From Raillietiella orientalis (taxonomy: Eukaryota), in the NCBI GenBank assembly GCA_036172245.1, contig JAYWIR010000001.1, positions 1,240,001 through 1,304,000 of the forward strand: 64,000 nucleotides of DNA, in the 5' to 3' direction. A program made the translations under genes and the position numbers. A model generated the notes under the pieces. The model was not told where the DNA came from and made no database searches. It saw only the letters and a list, made by a program, of their open reading frames with translations. This document shows, piece after piece, positions 23,401 through 36,699 of this stretch; position 1 is the stretch's first letter, and each line of letters starts with the position of its first letter.

Positions 23401-24299
23401 GGAGTGGAAGGGAAGAGAAGCACCCACAGCGTTGACAACTATGGACAGTACGGTGTAGCCCTTCCTACCGACAGTCGTTAAGTGTGCCAGCAGCTATCGA
23501 GAAAAGTTCTTCGGGGTGACACCGGAGACGGGAAAAAGGCGAGTTGCGCACACCCGAAGGGCTAATGGGGGAGGGGAAAAAATCGGACTTGAAAAAATTG
23601 GACATATCTCGACAGTCGGTGGTATGAGTAAGAGAGAATGTAAGTTGTGTGATGAGAGAGAGAGACAAATGAGGGGCCGGCCGTTACATGAACGCCGTGG
23701 AATCCTGCAGCAATCAAGAATGTGGAACCAAAGATGGAATCCCTAATAGCGAATCTATGAAACACTCTATGATGAATAGAGAACCGATGGTAAAAGTAAA
23801 AAGTAGAGAATCAGTGAGAGGGATTTCTTTTTTTTTTTTTTTAAAAAAAAAAAAGGGGATGGCGTATTCATGTAACCGAGATCTTAGGAGGGGAACAGTG
23901 TTGGAAAGAGGTACTGCTATAGCAGATGGTACGGAGATGCTGAATAAAGAGAAGGTAAAGAGAAGCTGAATTGTGGATCGACTCTCAGCCTGCCACGGAA
24001 GGTTGATTAGAAGAACGAGACAAGTGGAAAGATTTCTGAAAGGACAAACGCAAATTTAAATGCGTTGTCTTTGTTTCAGGGATGCCGACGGATGAGGATC
24101 GCGTCTCCATGTCTTTGCCTCCAGAGGAACCTGTTCGAGATCGTGGGTGAGCATGCTTGCCACTTCCGGGTGTTCGGGGCTGGTGCGCCTGCTGCCGTCG
24201 CAACCAGGGACTCTTCTTGTCCACACTACCGCGTTCTCGCATAAGCAACAAGGTATGCACGCCGGCAACCCCAAGTTTGCCCTATCCCTGAGGCTTCTT

Positions 24300-25980
24300 C
24301 CCTCTGATTCGCTCCACCGAGGAAGAAATCGTCTACCGGCGCTTTCACGATAGGGTGCGATGGTGGAGTCCGTGCTGATCCGCGCGCAGTCATGGCGACT
24401 ATAAATAGAGTGCTATGAAAATAGCATCCTTCCTTCACAAGCCTCAAGAATCGTAGTGGGGGTTGATCTCTGCGGCTGATCTTGGCATGTGCGGAGGGCC
24501 CACGCAGGGAAATCCGCACGTCTCGCGCGGGTGCTGCGGGAAGGCGCGGCTAAGAATAGAAAAACGTGGATTACAGCGCGTTGCCGAACAGCGATCGAGC
24601 TCCTGAGATTTTATCCTCCCTGCTCGATCGTCTCCAACCGGCACTCTCCGGAAGCAAAAAGGAGCGCATTCCGCGAGATGTGCTGCGAAGTTCACTGGAT
24701 CTCCTCTCCCTGCTTCATGAAGGAAGGGAAGCATCTCCCGAGAGTGGAGGCCTCGGGAGGTGTGGTTCGGTCTGAACGGGACGCCCCACCGTCCCCAGAT
24801 CGAAGGGATCGCCGGATGAGAGTGCACCTGGCGTCCGCCGACTAGAAAGAGACCACCGGCAGATGGGAACCCCTCATGCAGCACCGGCGACACGCTGAGA
24901 GAGCGCAGCCGTGAGCGCCGCCTCCATCACGCGCACACTCCGGACATCCGGTGGCGTCGGCACCTGCCGTACTCGCTCGGAGCACGCCGCGATCGGTGAT
25001 GGACATCCGTGCATCCCACGTCCGTAGGTGCGACCGCACCCCGTTCGAGCAGATCCTGACCTTTTGATGCCGTTCCGTGGCGCCGCCCGGATTCTTCCTC
25101 ACTTCGCAAGTGACTCTTGGCCATGCAGCGTCTCCTGATGTCGCAGAGCAACTTTGTATGCAGCACGTCACCTCCTTCCCTCCCCTCCCCTCCCCTCTTC
25201 CTGCCTTCTTCCTTCATTCGTCCATCCACATCGATCTGAGACCGTGCTGTGCGCACAAATGAGGACACTCGCTTCCCCGGTTCTCTCAGGTACCATCGCG
25301 GACTACTATTGGGAAGCAAAACCCCGTGTACTAGCAGGTTTCCCTCTTCCCAGACAAGAAAAGCATCCCAAGGGAGGTTCCTTTCCCCCAAGAGCCAGTC
25401 GCCAAAGTCATGGTACTGCTAGAAGAGCATCTGCATCCCGGTCTTCTTCGCCTTCTCGTGTGTGCTTCCTTCAGGCGGCTTCCTTGTCCACCTGCCTTCA
25501 GCAGTTCCGTCTGGACCTCGAGGTTCTCTCAGACGTGACAGTCGCAGGTGATGCACAGGTATTTACGTGCTTAGAGAAGGCCTCCAGCATGCGTCTGCAG
25601 CAGGTGATTCATGATGTTCACGGGCGCCTGGTGCAGCCGCTACCCTACGTTTCGGATGTGCTCCGTCTCGCCTAGGGTAAAGCGGAGAGATCTTGATGGT
25701 CTCCAGGGCAACAGCGACAGTCACGGCCGATCCCGATATCTTGCTGGAAGCAACTTGTGGCTTCGCCGTTGATACTCGGATCGAGTCGGAGAAGCAAAAC
25801 AAGAAAGTAAAGCAAACAAGGAAATTGAAGCTGTTGTTGCTGGTCGATTTTCTTTGGGGAAGGGAGGAGGCAGAGGGGAGGGAGGATGTAGATCCATTTT
25901 TCGACCATCGGTACCAGCATCTCGATGCAACTACACTGCATCCACACGGCAGACCGGAAGGCTCCCAGAGGAACTCAGCC
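24300..25980 (-). mobile_element. L1/Tx1-like ORF2 fragment (APE end, linker, RT start)
   Basis: KWIYIL and ISGSAV (APE end-like), SPRWYLREPGKRVSSF (linker), KNPGG (RT0). Confidence 0.4.
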
Positions 25981-26149
25981 CCTCGAAGTCTTGAAAGGAG
26001 GTTGGAACGTGCAACTCTTCCAGAAGAGCATCTTAGAAAAGAAGGGGGAAAAGAGGGAAGGCTGAGTTGTTCTTGTTGTTGTTGTTTTGTTTCATTCTGA
26101 TTCTCTGAAAATGTACAAGATTCTGCTCGATATTATACAGCTTATGGTA

Positions 26150-28330
26150 CAGGTCGTCCTCTCATCCTTCTGGGAAGAGCCTTGCTGGGTAGGCAACTAA
26201 CATCAACATTCCATTCCCTGCATCCTTCGAGTGTCGGGTTGGTCTCCGTAGGATTAAGGGTATCCATGCTACTGAACCAGTTCAATCTCCAATGCTACCG
26301 CTGCATGCAAGTCCGTCCAGGTTCGATATGCCACCGCGATAAACCTGCGGGAAACCCTCTTGCCATCCTCCTGAATCTCCATCACGACTGTTCACTCCAA
26401 CATAGGTTGCCCCATGGGGGGAGGCGGAAGGAAAGGTTTGATAAAACCATAAGGGATTCACTTAAGAAGTATTAAAAATTATACACTCCGACACTTTTAA
26501 TGAAAAATTCACTAATTGACTCGTTATTTTATGGCTTGATCGATGGCGAAATTCCGACTGAACATCACAACCTTGCAACACACTTGAAAAAGCTGACCCG
26601 GCAATGAATGATAGTCATCTCGGCAGCGAAGTCTCCCTCGGAATCCTCGCTTTGGACTCCGCTGTTGCCTCAGCAGTCATCCAGGGGGATCTTCTCGCAC
26701 GGTCCATGGATGGAGCGACCAAGTAATGGGCGTATTGAAAGGAAAAGAAAGTGACCTTGTTTCGCTTGCATGTCTGGAATAAGACTGGGCGAGATGATTC
26801 TACCGGGCTGGCTGGTGTGGGGAACTTTGTGGGTGGCAGGTAGGAGAGAAACGGCCGGGGCGGGAAAGGAGCAGAGGACCTGGAGACGAAACAAGGAAGT
26901 GGGTGAAAAGGGAACGAGTCCGCCAAACAGGAAGAGGCTGTGAGAAGAAGAAGAAACGTCCCCCCCCCCCCTCCTGCTTAGCTTTTCAAATGCATCCAAA
27001 GGTGCCTGGATGCGCGATGATCGAGGAGAAACAGAGACCTTCTCCCGGGTTGCGTCCAACTATACGTGAATTCGCATTTCCAAACAGTCTTCGGTAGCAG
27101 CGATGATGGATTCTTCCTCCCTTCCGCCTTTTTCCAGACGCAGCTCTCCAAAAACCAAGGACGGATGTTGGACGTCCTGCTCGAGGAAATACGGAAGCGC
27201 GTACAAATGGATGAGAGCAGCATCTGCGTGCTTTGCAGCGCAGCATTCTCTCTGCAACCAGAAAACAAGCCGTCTTCAAACACGATCGGGATGATGGCAC
27301 CCTCGGGTCTGCTGCCAGACGTGCGCAGAAGATGACTCTTGATAAAGGCGCAGCATCCGAGATAGAACCTAGGGACGCTTCCGGGAAAATGGTCCCTTTC
27401 GGAGCACTGCCGACTCAACACCTCCCGTGGTACAGACTGATCTCTGAAATCTCTAGAGCCCCGCTCGGTTTGCCCACGAATGTGCCCTGAGAGCTGCTAA
27501 CGTTGTGGCGCTGTTCCTTGGCGACGGATGACCGATCTCAAGGAGCGGGACCCTCCGTGGTTGCAGGAGACGAGCCAACCACTGAAGGTCCAGCACGATG
27601 CCCAAGAGTTATATCTCGGGGTGCTGAAAGTTACTGAACGGTCTGATGACGGTGGGAGGTCGGAAAGCTAAGTCAGAAGACTTTCTCAGAGTAGAGCTGC
27701 TGGAAAGAAGGTTCATGCTGGGATGATAGAAGAAATGTTCCATCAGAATGGAGGGTGTCCGTTGTCACTGCTGTAAAGTGGGCTAAAGGAAGAAAGGGGG
27801 GATATTTGGTACGTACAGTGGAATGTGCGAACGCATCATTAGCAAGATGGCCGAACGAGTCACCTTAAGAAGGTTTAGGATGCTTTCCAGAAAGCTAGAC
27901 TTTTACCACCAGGAGGGAATTGTGCGAAGTGCAACTCTGGGAAGATCGAATTCACTACTGTGGCTGCGGTCACTCCAAAGAACACTTCAATTCGCTCTGA
28001 AGAACCGAATGGTAGGTGATGTGGCTTTTCTGGGTGCCCGGAAAGCTTGGGTTCGAACCTCTTTCAGGTGGTAGGACCCATTCCCCTAGGTCTCTCGTGT
28101 TTCTCGAGACCAACTGCCTTCACTGTTTCGCGCACTCCCTTCTTCCGTCCCTCAAAGTAAGGTGGGCGTGTGAGAACACCCCCCGCTATCGCAAGCACAA
28201 ATATTTATTAGCAGAAAACCGATAGATTGAAAAGATGCTTCCGGCCAGAGATGGTTTGTTCTGCAACCTCGACGGTGCAAACTATGTCTGTGGCGCTGTC
28301 GAAGCCATTTGATCCGCAACATCAGTTTAA
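26150..28330 (-). mobile_element. Degenerate Utopia/NeSL-like element with an inverted block at about 27000-27900
   Basis: Minus: NGFDSA (RT3 ~28300), KKGVR (RT4 ~28135), then QAKQG and FAAEMTIIHCR (~26600-26770) and an RLE-like tail. Plus: TVFGSSDDGF..GRMLDVL (RT5), ISRAPL. Confidence 0.6.
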
Positions 28331-28499
28331 AGAGAGGCGAGATGACGAGAAAGGAAAAGTCTTCCAGTCGATGCCAACACCTTCGTTTTTTTTGGTTTTT
28401 TTTTGGTTTTTGTTTTTTTTTTTCCAGTTTGTGTTATCTTGGCGTTTGTATACATACTCAATGCCGCTTTCCCGCTGATCGTTCATGGATATCTGTATC

Positions 28500-30900
28500 C
28501 TGGAATCGGAGGAACATGATCAGTCAGTCAGTGGTCATAACACGCTCTGAAGCATGCACGGCGCGCGCACTGAGAAACACCGCCACCGGAGATGACATCA
28601 AAGGGGCGACATGCTCCCAACCCATTTTTCGGATGCCTTCTTCTGGGTGCTTCGAAAGTCGAAAAGAAGGAAGGGCAGATTCGCGCCGAGAAGTGGAGAA
28701 GTCTTCCTTCCCTCGATGCTAAGGTGCCTCATGCCGCGGAGGATAAATCATAAAACAGGAATAGTCGTCCTCTTCGCTCCAACAAAAGAGGGAACCAGAA
28801 GTGGAGGAGCACTCCCATTCATCTCCGGAGCTGTCAGGAGAACAAACGCCGCCACCACGCTTTCCAAGCACGCCTCAGTCGAATCCACCCGGCCTTGTTG
28901 TGGACACGTCTCACCGCCGGGTGAGCGTGACGCGCGGCAGCGATAGCAACGGAGTCAAGAAAACGAGGGGGGCGCTTCCTCTCCTTTCTTGGCGCGTCAT
29001 CCCCCGTCTTCAAACATTCGAAGTAATTCGAGCAGCTTGGTCCACTGGAATCACATCACACTCATCTCCGCGCTCCAACGGATCCACCGGTCTTCCAGAT
29101 TTATTAGGGCACATCCTTGCTGCCGGGGTCGACCAGATCCCGAGAGCTTTGGAACTCGTCGTGCGCTGTCTTTCGACCCGAGGGATAGCCTAAACAGCTG
29201 CAGGGCTTTCGGTACTTCTACTAGGTTTGCTGTTGAATAGCGGCTTCCCAGTGGCTCGACGGGAGAACGACTGGTGACGCGCTTCTCAGCACCAGACCGC
29301 CTTTTTGGCACATCTGGCTTTTGGTGCTTGGCTATGGTCTTCGGGAGCTGCCCAAGACCTCGGCCGAACTTGCCGACAGCCATCATTCTGTCAAGTCGAA
29401 TGTCCCGGGGTGCAGAGAACCAAGAGGCAGGCATTGCATCCGCGCATTCCCCAAACCCACGCGATCACATTGGGGCTCTAAGGAAACTCCGCTTCTCATC
29501 TTTCGCTCACTCGTCCGTGAGCCGTGCCCTTTACAACAGGATCCCGATTGGATTGTAGGGAGGAATGGAAGAGGTGCAGCTCCCCGTCTGGGAAGGAGAC
29601 GCCCTGGCAAGCAGCTTGCGAGTGCCAGGACGCAGGGCGAGCATCGAAGCCGCGCCCGCGAGCATTCCCTTCCACCGCTTTGCAAGACTTCGAGACCTTC
29701 TCCGTGGCGAGCCGGGGAGAGGCAGGAAGGAATCCCTCGCGAAGCCGCCGCTCGGAGAGGTCCGAGAGATCTCCAGAGTACTCCGCTCCGGGTCGCCCGA
29801 GAGTGGGAACACGGAGGTTCCATCCCCTCGGAAAGAATGACTCCATCCGACCGATCCATCTCTCTCAAGACACGGGGGAGGAAGAAAAGCTCTGGGAGGC
29901 ATCGGAACGCGAAGTCCCCGGGAAAGCAGCCAGATTTGAGAAGCTGCGCGAAAGGCCCGTTTTTTTTTTTTTAATGGCCCCAAGGCGGTATTGCCTCGTG
30001 CCTTTCGCAAAGAGCACCTGCGCTGCCCATTTGTGCGGTAGAGAAGTACAGCGACTCATGCAGTAAGGGGGCTCACCATAGCTGCCAACAGGGTATCCGC
30101 CCCAGATTCTTTTGTGGATAGGACGGTACATCGTCTGGTGGGGATAGAAACCCGTCCTTGCATTGTGATCGCTCATCCACCAGGGCTCCCGATATGGTGC
30201 TTTCACGGGAGTGTATTCAAGGTAGGAGTCGTCGAAGGGCTTCGACAGTCCAGAACTGGAGTTGGTAGGGAAACCTGCAAACAAAGCCGCAGGTAACACT
30301 CTCGTGCAGGGCCTGCCCGGTTCCCAGACAAACTCGTTGAGACTGCCGATATCGAAACCCCTTCCTTCCCCCACCCCTTCCTCCCAAGGTGCGGGGAAAT
30401 CCGATGGGTAGTGTTTCCTGGAAAGACATTAAAGAGCGGATGGCTTACTGTAAGTGGAGTCCCGCTCCCATGGGCGATAGGTGTCGTAATCATACTTGTG
30501 CACCCTCGGTTCGCGCTCCAGAGACTGGGCTCTGTTGATTCTTCGAAGTGTTGGAGACAGGTGGGCCACTGAATCCACAGTTCCTACCGGAAGGAAAAGA
30601 TTCTCAGACTCCACGCTCGAGGGTGTCGCGTGGCGTTCGCCGGAAGTGTGAGGGAAGAGTGGGTTCTCCAGGAAGCGAACGAGGGATTGTGTTGGAAAGG
30701 CAGACGCAAGTCCAGTCACCGCGATGCCAAGTGAGTTGGACATACTGAACCGCACGCCATTTTCTCGGATCGAGGTTTGGGGGAGAGGTCTTTGGGGTCC
30801 CGCCTTTTAGTTCGCTAAAATACGGGGCGGAAACCCTGAGAGAGACCACAGCATGCGACCTTTTTTTTTGGTTTCTTCTGCCCCAGTACCGTCTCTTGCT
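28500..30900 (-). mobile_element. Degenerate Tx1-like element 5' half (ORF1 + APE)
   Basis: IAVTGL..QSLVRFL and RIWGGYPVGSYGEPPYCMSRCTSLPH (Tx1 ORF1 Y-G-x-P-x-x-C knuckle region); DGVILSE and IRLDRMMAV (APE). Confidence 0.6.
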
Positions 30901-30949
30901 CATTTCTTGCCATCTGCAACGTTGGCGTATTTCGTCTTCTAGCCCATCG

Positions 30950-32300
30950 GGTTACCCGAGGTTAAGGACGTGCGAAGCTACCGGGTAAGTTTGAAAACAT
31001 CGGCAGCACTTGCTTCGGTTCGCTCCCGTGTTCCGAATGCACCCCGGGCAGTTCGTTGGATGCAAGAAATTCCGTTTCCGGGGCGAAGATCCAGTCCCCG
31101 ATGCGATCAAGCAAGTTTGGGAATGGAAAAGATTGGCAGCACCTGCTTTGGTCCATTCTCATGAAGGAGGGAGCCTTCACGGAGATGCAGCAAGGTCCGT
31201 CATGCTTCGAAGGGGTCCCGGCGGTTCGTGGGATGCAACAACTTCCATTTCCGGCGCGAAGATCCAGTGAAGCAAGGTTGGAAATCCGTGTTGTTGCTGT
31301 TGAGCAAGCGACCGTTCATCTCCTGCCTCTGCAAGCTCTCAGTCCGCTATAAACAGCAGTCTCCATGGATACAACGTTCCGCAAACAAGCTGACGTTCGA
31401 GAAAAAATGAACTTGAAAGATGACAGAGGAGAGAAACGAAGGAAAAAAAGTGTGCGAAAATGTAGCCAGAAGGGATCTAAATTTATAAACATTTCATCTT
31501 TGTTTAAAGTTCACAGAGCAGGAAAAGCACTGCACTGCTGTATCTCAAGAACTGGGGCGCTGGCTGTTCCACGCATCTCCGTCTTCCCGTGTCTGGAAAC
31601 TTCATCTTCGTCTGCTACGCTAGACGCTGCCTCGACAACCACGGATCTTGTCTTCCCAAGAGCTCGCAGATGTTCCGGATCCCGAATCGACGGTCAGAGA
31701 ATGCGATGAATCCCACGCGATCATGGCACCGGGCGAGCGCTCCCGGGAAAACAATTTTAAAATAGAAGACGGGATATGCGGAGCACTGATACGGACCCGA
31801 AAATACATCGGGTCCGTCGATGCTCCCGACGTATTTTCGGGAGCGCTGGATCTATCATCCATGTGCGTCCCGAAAATAATGTCCCCCCGATCTCGCAGTC
31901 TGCGAATCCGAAATCGCTGGCGAGGAAGGAAGCGGAAGACAAGAAGAGCATACGGCACCCATGCACTCTCTGCCAACGGGGTCATCCCCAGGTAGGGAAC
32001 GTCAAAGCGTTCCCTTCCTTGCTGAGAATCCCCGGCAGGGAGGTGGGACAGAGCAGTGAGACGCTTTGTGGGAACGGCCGGCAATAAGGAAACGACGGCA
32101 GCAGAACGGGCCACATCGTTTGACCACTCGCCGGCCAGCACGCGGTCTTGGCACGCGAGCGGGCGCACCCCCTTTCCCCCATTCGCGTCAGAAACGGGAA
32201 AGCCTACCTTTTATGTTCCTCATGTAGTCCGACCAAAACTGGGATTTCGCCTGGATCGGCTTCCCGTAGTTGAACCAATCCATCTGGTGCTTGTAGATCA
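30950..32300 (+). mobile_element. Non-LTR RT fragments including a diverged tandem duplication (31051-31124 / 31224-31285)
   Basis: MLRRG (RT4-like), KQADV (RT5-like), RKYIG (RT7); shared GTTCGTkGGATGCAA..TTTCCGGsGCGAAGATCCAGT. Confidence 0.4.
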
Positions 32301-33216
32301 TCTCGTCAGCGCCGTGGGGGAAAAAAAAAAAGCTAGCACCACGGTGTTCGGTAAACAGTGCACCAGCAAGAAACTGCCTCCTTCGCTCGGGTAAACCACT
32401 CGGGCAGAAAAACGGAAGGTCGCACTTTTCGGAGAGGCGCGGGTGGCTGCTGTCGCTTCAGGTCGATTCGAAACAGCTGCGTTGCGATGAATCGTTTCGC
32501 ACGCTCAAAAATAAGTTTTAAAATAGAGGCGCGAATCTATATACCATGTCTGCTGCACTGCCGCATCCTCGCATCGGGGAAAACTGCGTTGCCGGGATAT
32601 TTCAGTTCTCGAGGGATCGGTACTCTCGTGGCAAGCGCGCGAACCGCGATGACGTCCGATCGCGGGTTCCTCCCGTGACTCCCACAGTGAAACTAATGTC
32701 ATTGCAAAGGCATCATCAAGCGCGTCTTTTCTTCTTCCGGTGTATCTTCCCCCCCCCTCCCATTTCGTTTTCTCGCTTCGGCACAGGAAGTGCCCTACTA
32801 GTGGTAGTCACGCCCTCTTGTTAAGACGTTCGTCGAGCGGCGACGATGGTTTCGCAGACACGTGCGCACACACAATATGTATCTTTTTATTTTAAGAATG
32901 TATTATTAGCAAGATATCCTTAGGTGGCGGGGCTTTACAGATCATCTAGAGGCAGTGCTTCTTTTTTCTCCCTCTCTCCCTCATGTAATGAAAAGAAACA
33001 GGAAGTTTTTGGTTTCTGGTCGAGTTTGTTCCGATGAAGTTACCAAAGCGCTTATTTTTTCGACGTTGCGCAAAGAACTGCCTCCGTTGCATGGCGACCT
33101 GCTGGAGGGCCGCCTCGCGACGGCGACGGCGACTAAAATGCTGAAGGGTTCGTCCGATGGCATTTCGTAAGTTTCGAGAGTTCCGCTTTTTGCCCGCCGT
33201 GAGGGAGGAAGGTTAC

Positions 33217-35520
33217 CACCCGGTTACGCCGGGGCGTTTATTAAAAGTCTACAAAAACGTGGTACGAGGCCCCACTAACGGCCAACACAACACCGGACCT
33301 GCCGGGACTCAGACCAGCGTGACTCTCCTCGGCAGTGGAGGGGGATGGGGGTCAAAACAAAAAGAAAAAGAAAAGATAAAGAAAACAAAAAGAGTTTGGA
33401 GGGACGGGAAGGGATCACTGGCCACCGGGAGGAGGGTCCATCCTTTGCAGGATGCCCTTGAGGTCCATCTGCATTCTTCCCAGCTGGGACCATCCCTTTG
33501 CTCTCACTAGAAAGCGAACAGCATATGGGATGACGTCCCTCTCGTTAGCATCATCTTCTTTGTCGCGGTCATCGCTCCAAGCCGCCACGATGCCTCGGAT
33601 GCAGCAAAGTGCTGCCAGGGCTGTGGCAGGCTGCAAGGCGTCCCGCGCGAAGAGAAGCCGAAAAACATCTCTGGTCGCGCTGCCCAAGGGGAGACCGAGG
33701 GTAATCCCAAAACGTTCCTATAGGGGACGGAGGGCAGGGCAGTCAACAATCAAGTGGGGGAGGAATTCCTGCTCCCCAAACCTGGAACACTGAGGATTCA
33801 CGTTGTTCCCCTTGTCCAGTGGAAGCGGCGTGCGTTGCAGGGTAGACCCCGATGCAACAGCAGCAGCGGTGACTCTTGCCACTTAAGGGGCAGAATCCTT
33901 GATCCTTGTAATACCAGGGATACTTCAGCTCATCCATCGGGATGGCGAGCAGCTCGCCCCATCTTATTAATCCACGCGGAAGGACGCTCGGGGTCGTGGC
34001 GTCCGCCAGCTCTCCCATGGTCCAACCGCTCATCTTCTTCTCTCTGCCTGCGATTCGACAGGAGACTTGCCACTTCGGCGTCCAGCCGCTGGAGAAAGCC
34101 CTCCGTAGGAAGGGCAGTGCCGTAGCTAAAGGGGTCGTCTCCGCCCACATGTTCCTGGCGGGACACTCCAGAATGGACCGCAGGGAGCAGGAGGCGTAAT
34201 TCGATAATCGCAGGCAGTTCCAGTTGTTGCTTCTCTGATTTATCTTCGCCCACGATCCAACAGATTCCTCCAGCCATGCGGAGGAGTTGGCGGGGCTGCA
34301 AACTATCCAGCCATTCTCCTTGACCAGTGTGGCCATGTGTCCAAGGAGAAGGCCACATCTTATTTTCCGGCCGGGGCACAGAAGAAAAGAGGAGAGTCCT
34401 CCCGCTCTGGATACACGACTGGCAAGGAGGCGGGCCGGAACGCACCAAGGGGTGCTCCACAACTTCGCTGCGATGGCCAAGGTTCGCCATCGCAGCTGTA
34501 TTTCCAAGCGCTTCAGCGTCAGGAGGCCAAGACCGCTGTCCCGACGCGGAGCGCATAAGTCCCTCAGGCGGACTCGAGGTCTTCCTGTGCTCCACAGGGC
34601 GATTCAAAGGAAGTCATTCGTCCGCCTTTTAATGCTACTCGGTGGGGGACAAACAAAAAGCAGGGGCGGAAGAGGGGGGCCACAAACGTGTTCCACACCG
34701 CGGCCCGTTCCGGCAAAAGAAACTTGCCATCCTGGAACGGGCGGATCGCCAACTCTATCTTGTGGAGGCAGCTCGCCTCCGCCGCAGAATAGTCCCCCAA
34801 CGGTACACCGAGGTACTTAGAGTACCGAACCGTAGAGATCCCCAAGCGGATCCAGTCGAGCTGCTCTGCCCACGCCGAACCGACTGCTACCGCGGACGAT
34901 TTCGCCCTGTTCGCCTCCAGTCCTGTCCTGCGGTTTAATATCTCGAAGAAATCTTCGAGCGCCGACGTCGGGGTAAACATGGGGAGCAGCATCTTCCGCA
35001 TACGCTGACACAGCCCGTGTGCCTGGACACGCGCGTGCCAGTCGAGCCGGAGTCTCTCCGTACGCCCTCAGCACCAACTCGAAGTGGGTGCTGAAGAGCT
35101 AGGGGCTCAGTCTGTCTCTTTGCCGTATCCCACAGCGTACCGGTCTTCCAGTTAGGGGACCACCCTATGAGTCCAGTAAGGCTCCAAGGAAGGAGTCCGT
35201 TTTTCTTACACTTGGGAGGGAGCTCCGAAGGGAACCGGCTTCCTGATTCCTGGAAGGACCCCGGAGAATCCGGTAGGCCACTTAGCGCCATCCTGCGGGG
35301 GCAACTTGAAACCCACTTGAAACCCACGACGCACCCACCTATTTGTCGGGATTCGAACCCGCGACTCCTGGTGCCACGCCGGCGGAGGGCGCATCCACGC
35401 GGCAGCCGCCAACGCGGGCCCATTTCCTAGTAGTGCTCAGAGCCACTCGTCCTGAAAGCAAATCGGACTGCTTTCGCCACAGGCATCTGACCAGTACGAA
35501 TGGCCGTTGTTCGCTTCCCT
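33217..35520 (-). mobile_element. Best-preserved L1/Tx1-clade non-LTR element: RT to 3' end, inactivated by stops and frameshifts
   Basis: Ordered motifs RGFESRQI (RT2), VRCGIRQRDRLSP*LF (RT4), VSAYAED (RT5), TGLEANRAKS (RT6), KYLGVPL (RT7), SGLGL, TSSHMLF (zf-RVT), T-rich UTR, AATAAA at 33242-33237, terminal hairpin. Confidence 0.85.
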
Positions 35521-36699
35521 ATTCTCTTTGTTCTCTTATTGATTTGTGTGGGCGTGTGTGTTTGTAAAGTTTGAGAATTTTTGCAGCTGACCTTCTTCAC
35601 CAAACCCTAAGCGCCTCTCGCCTCTCAGCAGAGTTTCGGACGCTGGGGCGGAACAGCTGCAAGCTCGGCTCCAGCAGAACCGACCCGATCTGCAGCCAGA
35701 GTTCGCGCTGAGCGGGAAACGTGGACCGATCCCGCTTCAGCGTTTGCGCTCTTCGGAACTGTTCTGAAAGGAGCTCCTCGCCTTATTCCAGTCGTGCAGA
35801 GCAACCAGGAGGAGCGGTTTCTTAAGGATTCGGAAGATCGGCTCCACGAGATGCTGAATGAGTGATATTCAAGGAATAGTGAAACAGCACCTGCTTTGAG
35901 AGATAGTTCTTCCCTGGATGCTTGAAAACCAATTGCTTGTTGACGCCCGCATCCCGCCAGGAGCTCCGTCGGCAAACACTTGCATGAAAGGGCTTGAAGA
36001 TGACGAAGGTCCAGCTTTGTTAATGGCTGCTGTTGTACCCTTTCCTCCCTTGAATAAAGTCCCCCGACTTGAGCTGGGATAAAATGATTTATTTCCTCAC
36101 ATTGACATCGGCTTCAAAGGCAGTTACCGCTTCTTGCCGCGCCACAAAATGGTTACTCCATTCTCGTAACCACAGGCCGACTCGGAAAGTGCATCCATCG
36201 GGATCTCTCCCCCTCCATGAAGAACCTGAGAGTTGTTTCTTTTGGTCCACATGCGGCCGCTATGGCCTGCACCCTTACAAGTCCCGAAACCGCAAGTTTC
36301 TGATGGGAGTTGTGCATTTTTTTTTTTTATGAACACCACGTCGAATGGGCCACAAGGCAGTCCTACCCATTCTTACGGAGCCAAAATTCAATAGTGATGA
36401 ATGGAATCCCACTAACGTAAGCCAAATACCGAAGAAGCTACTCACAAGTGGTTTGGATCCACCAAGCAACTAGGCGTCTTCCTTATTTTCCCATTGCGGC
36501 CGTACTGATCCTTATCACATAATAGGAACGAAATGATAGAAACAGTATGGCAAGATAATCGCGGGTTTTCTAATTTTCCACTGCCAGCATAGAGGGAAAG
36601 ATTTTATGGTCCTTCCGCATTCCACCAGGAACCCGTAGCTTTACGTGTCGAATGATGTACGCCATGCAAATTTTAAAAAAAAGAAAGGAAGGAAGGAAA

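Noticed and set aside
35340-35420. tRNA/SINE B-box-like GGGTTCGAATCCC on the minus strand
   Set aside because: It encodes GFESRQI at the RT domain 2 position within an ordered RT motif series; no cloverleaf or A-box can be built.
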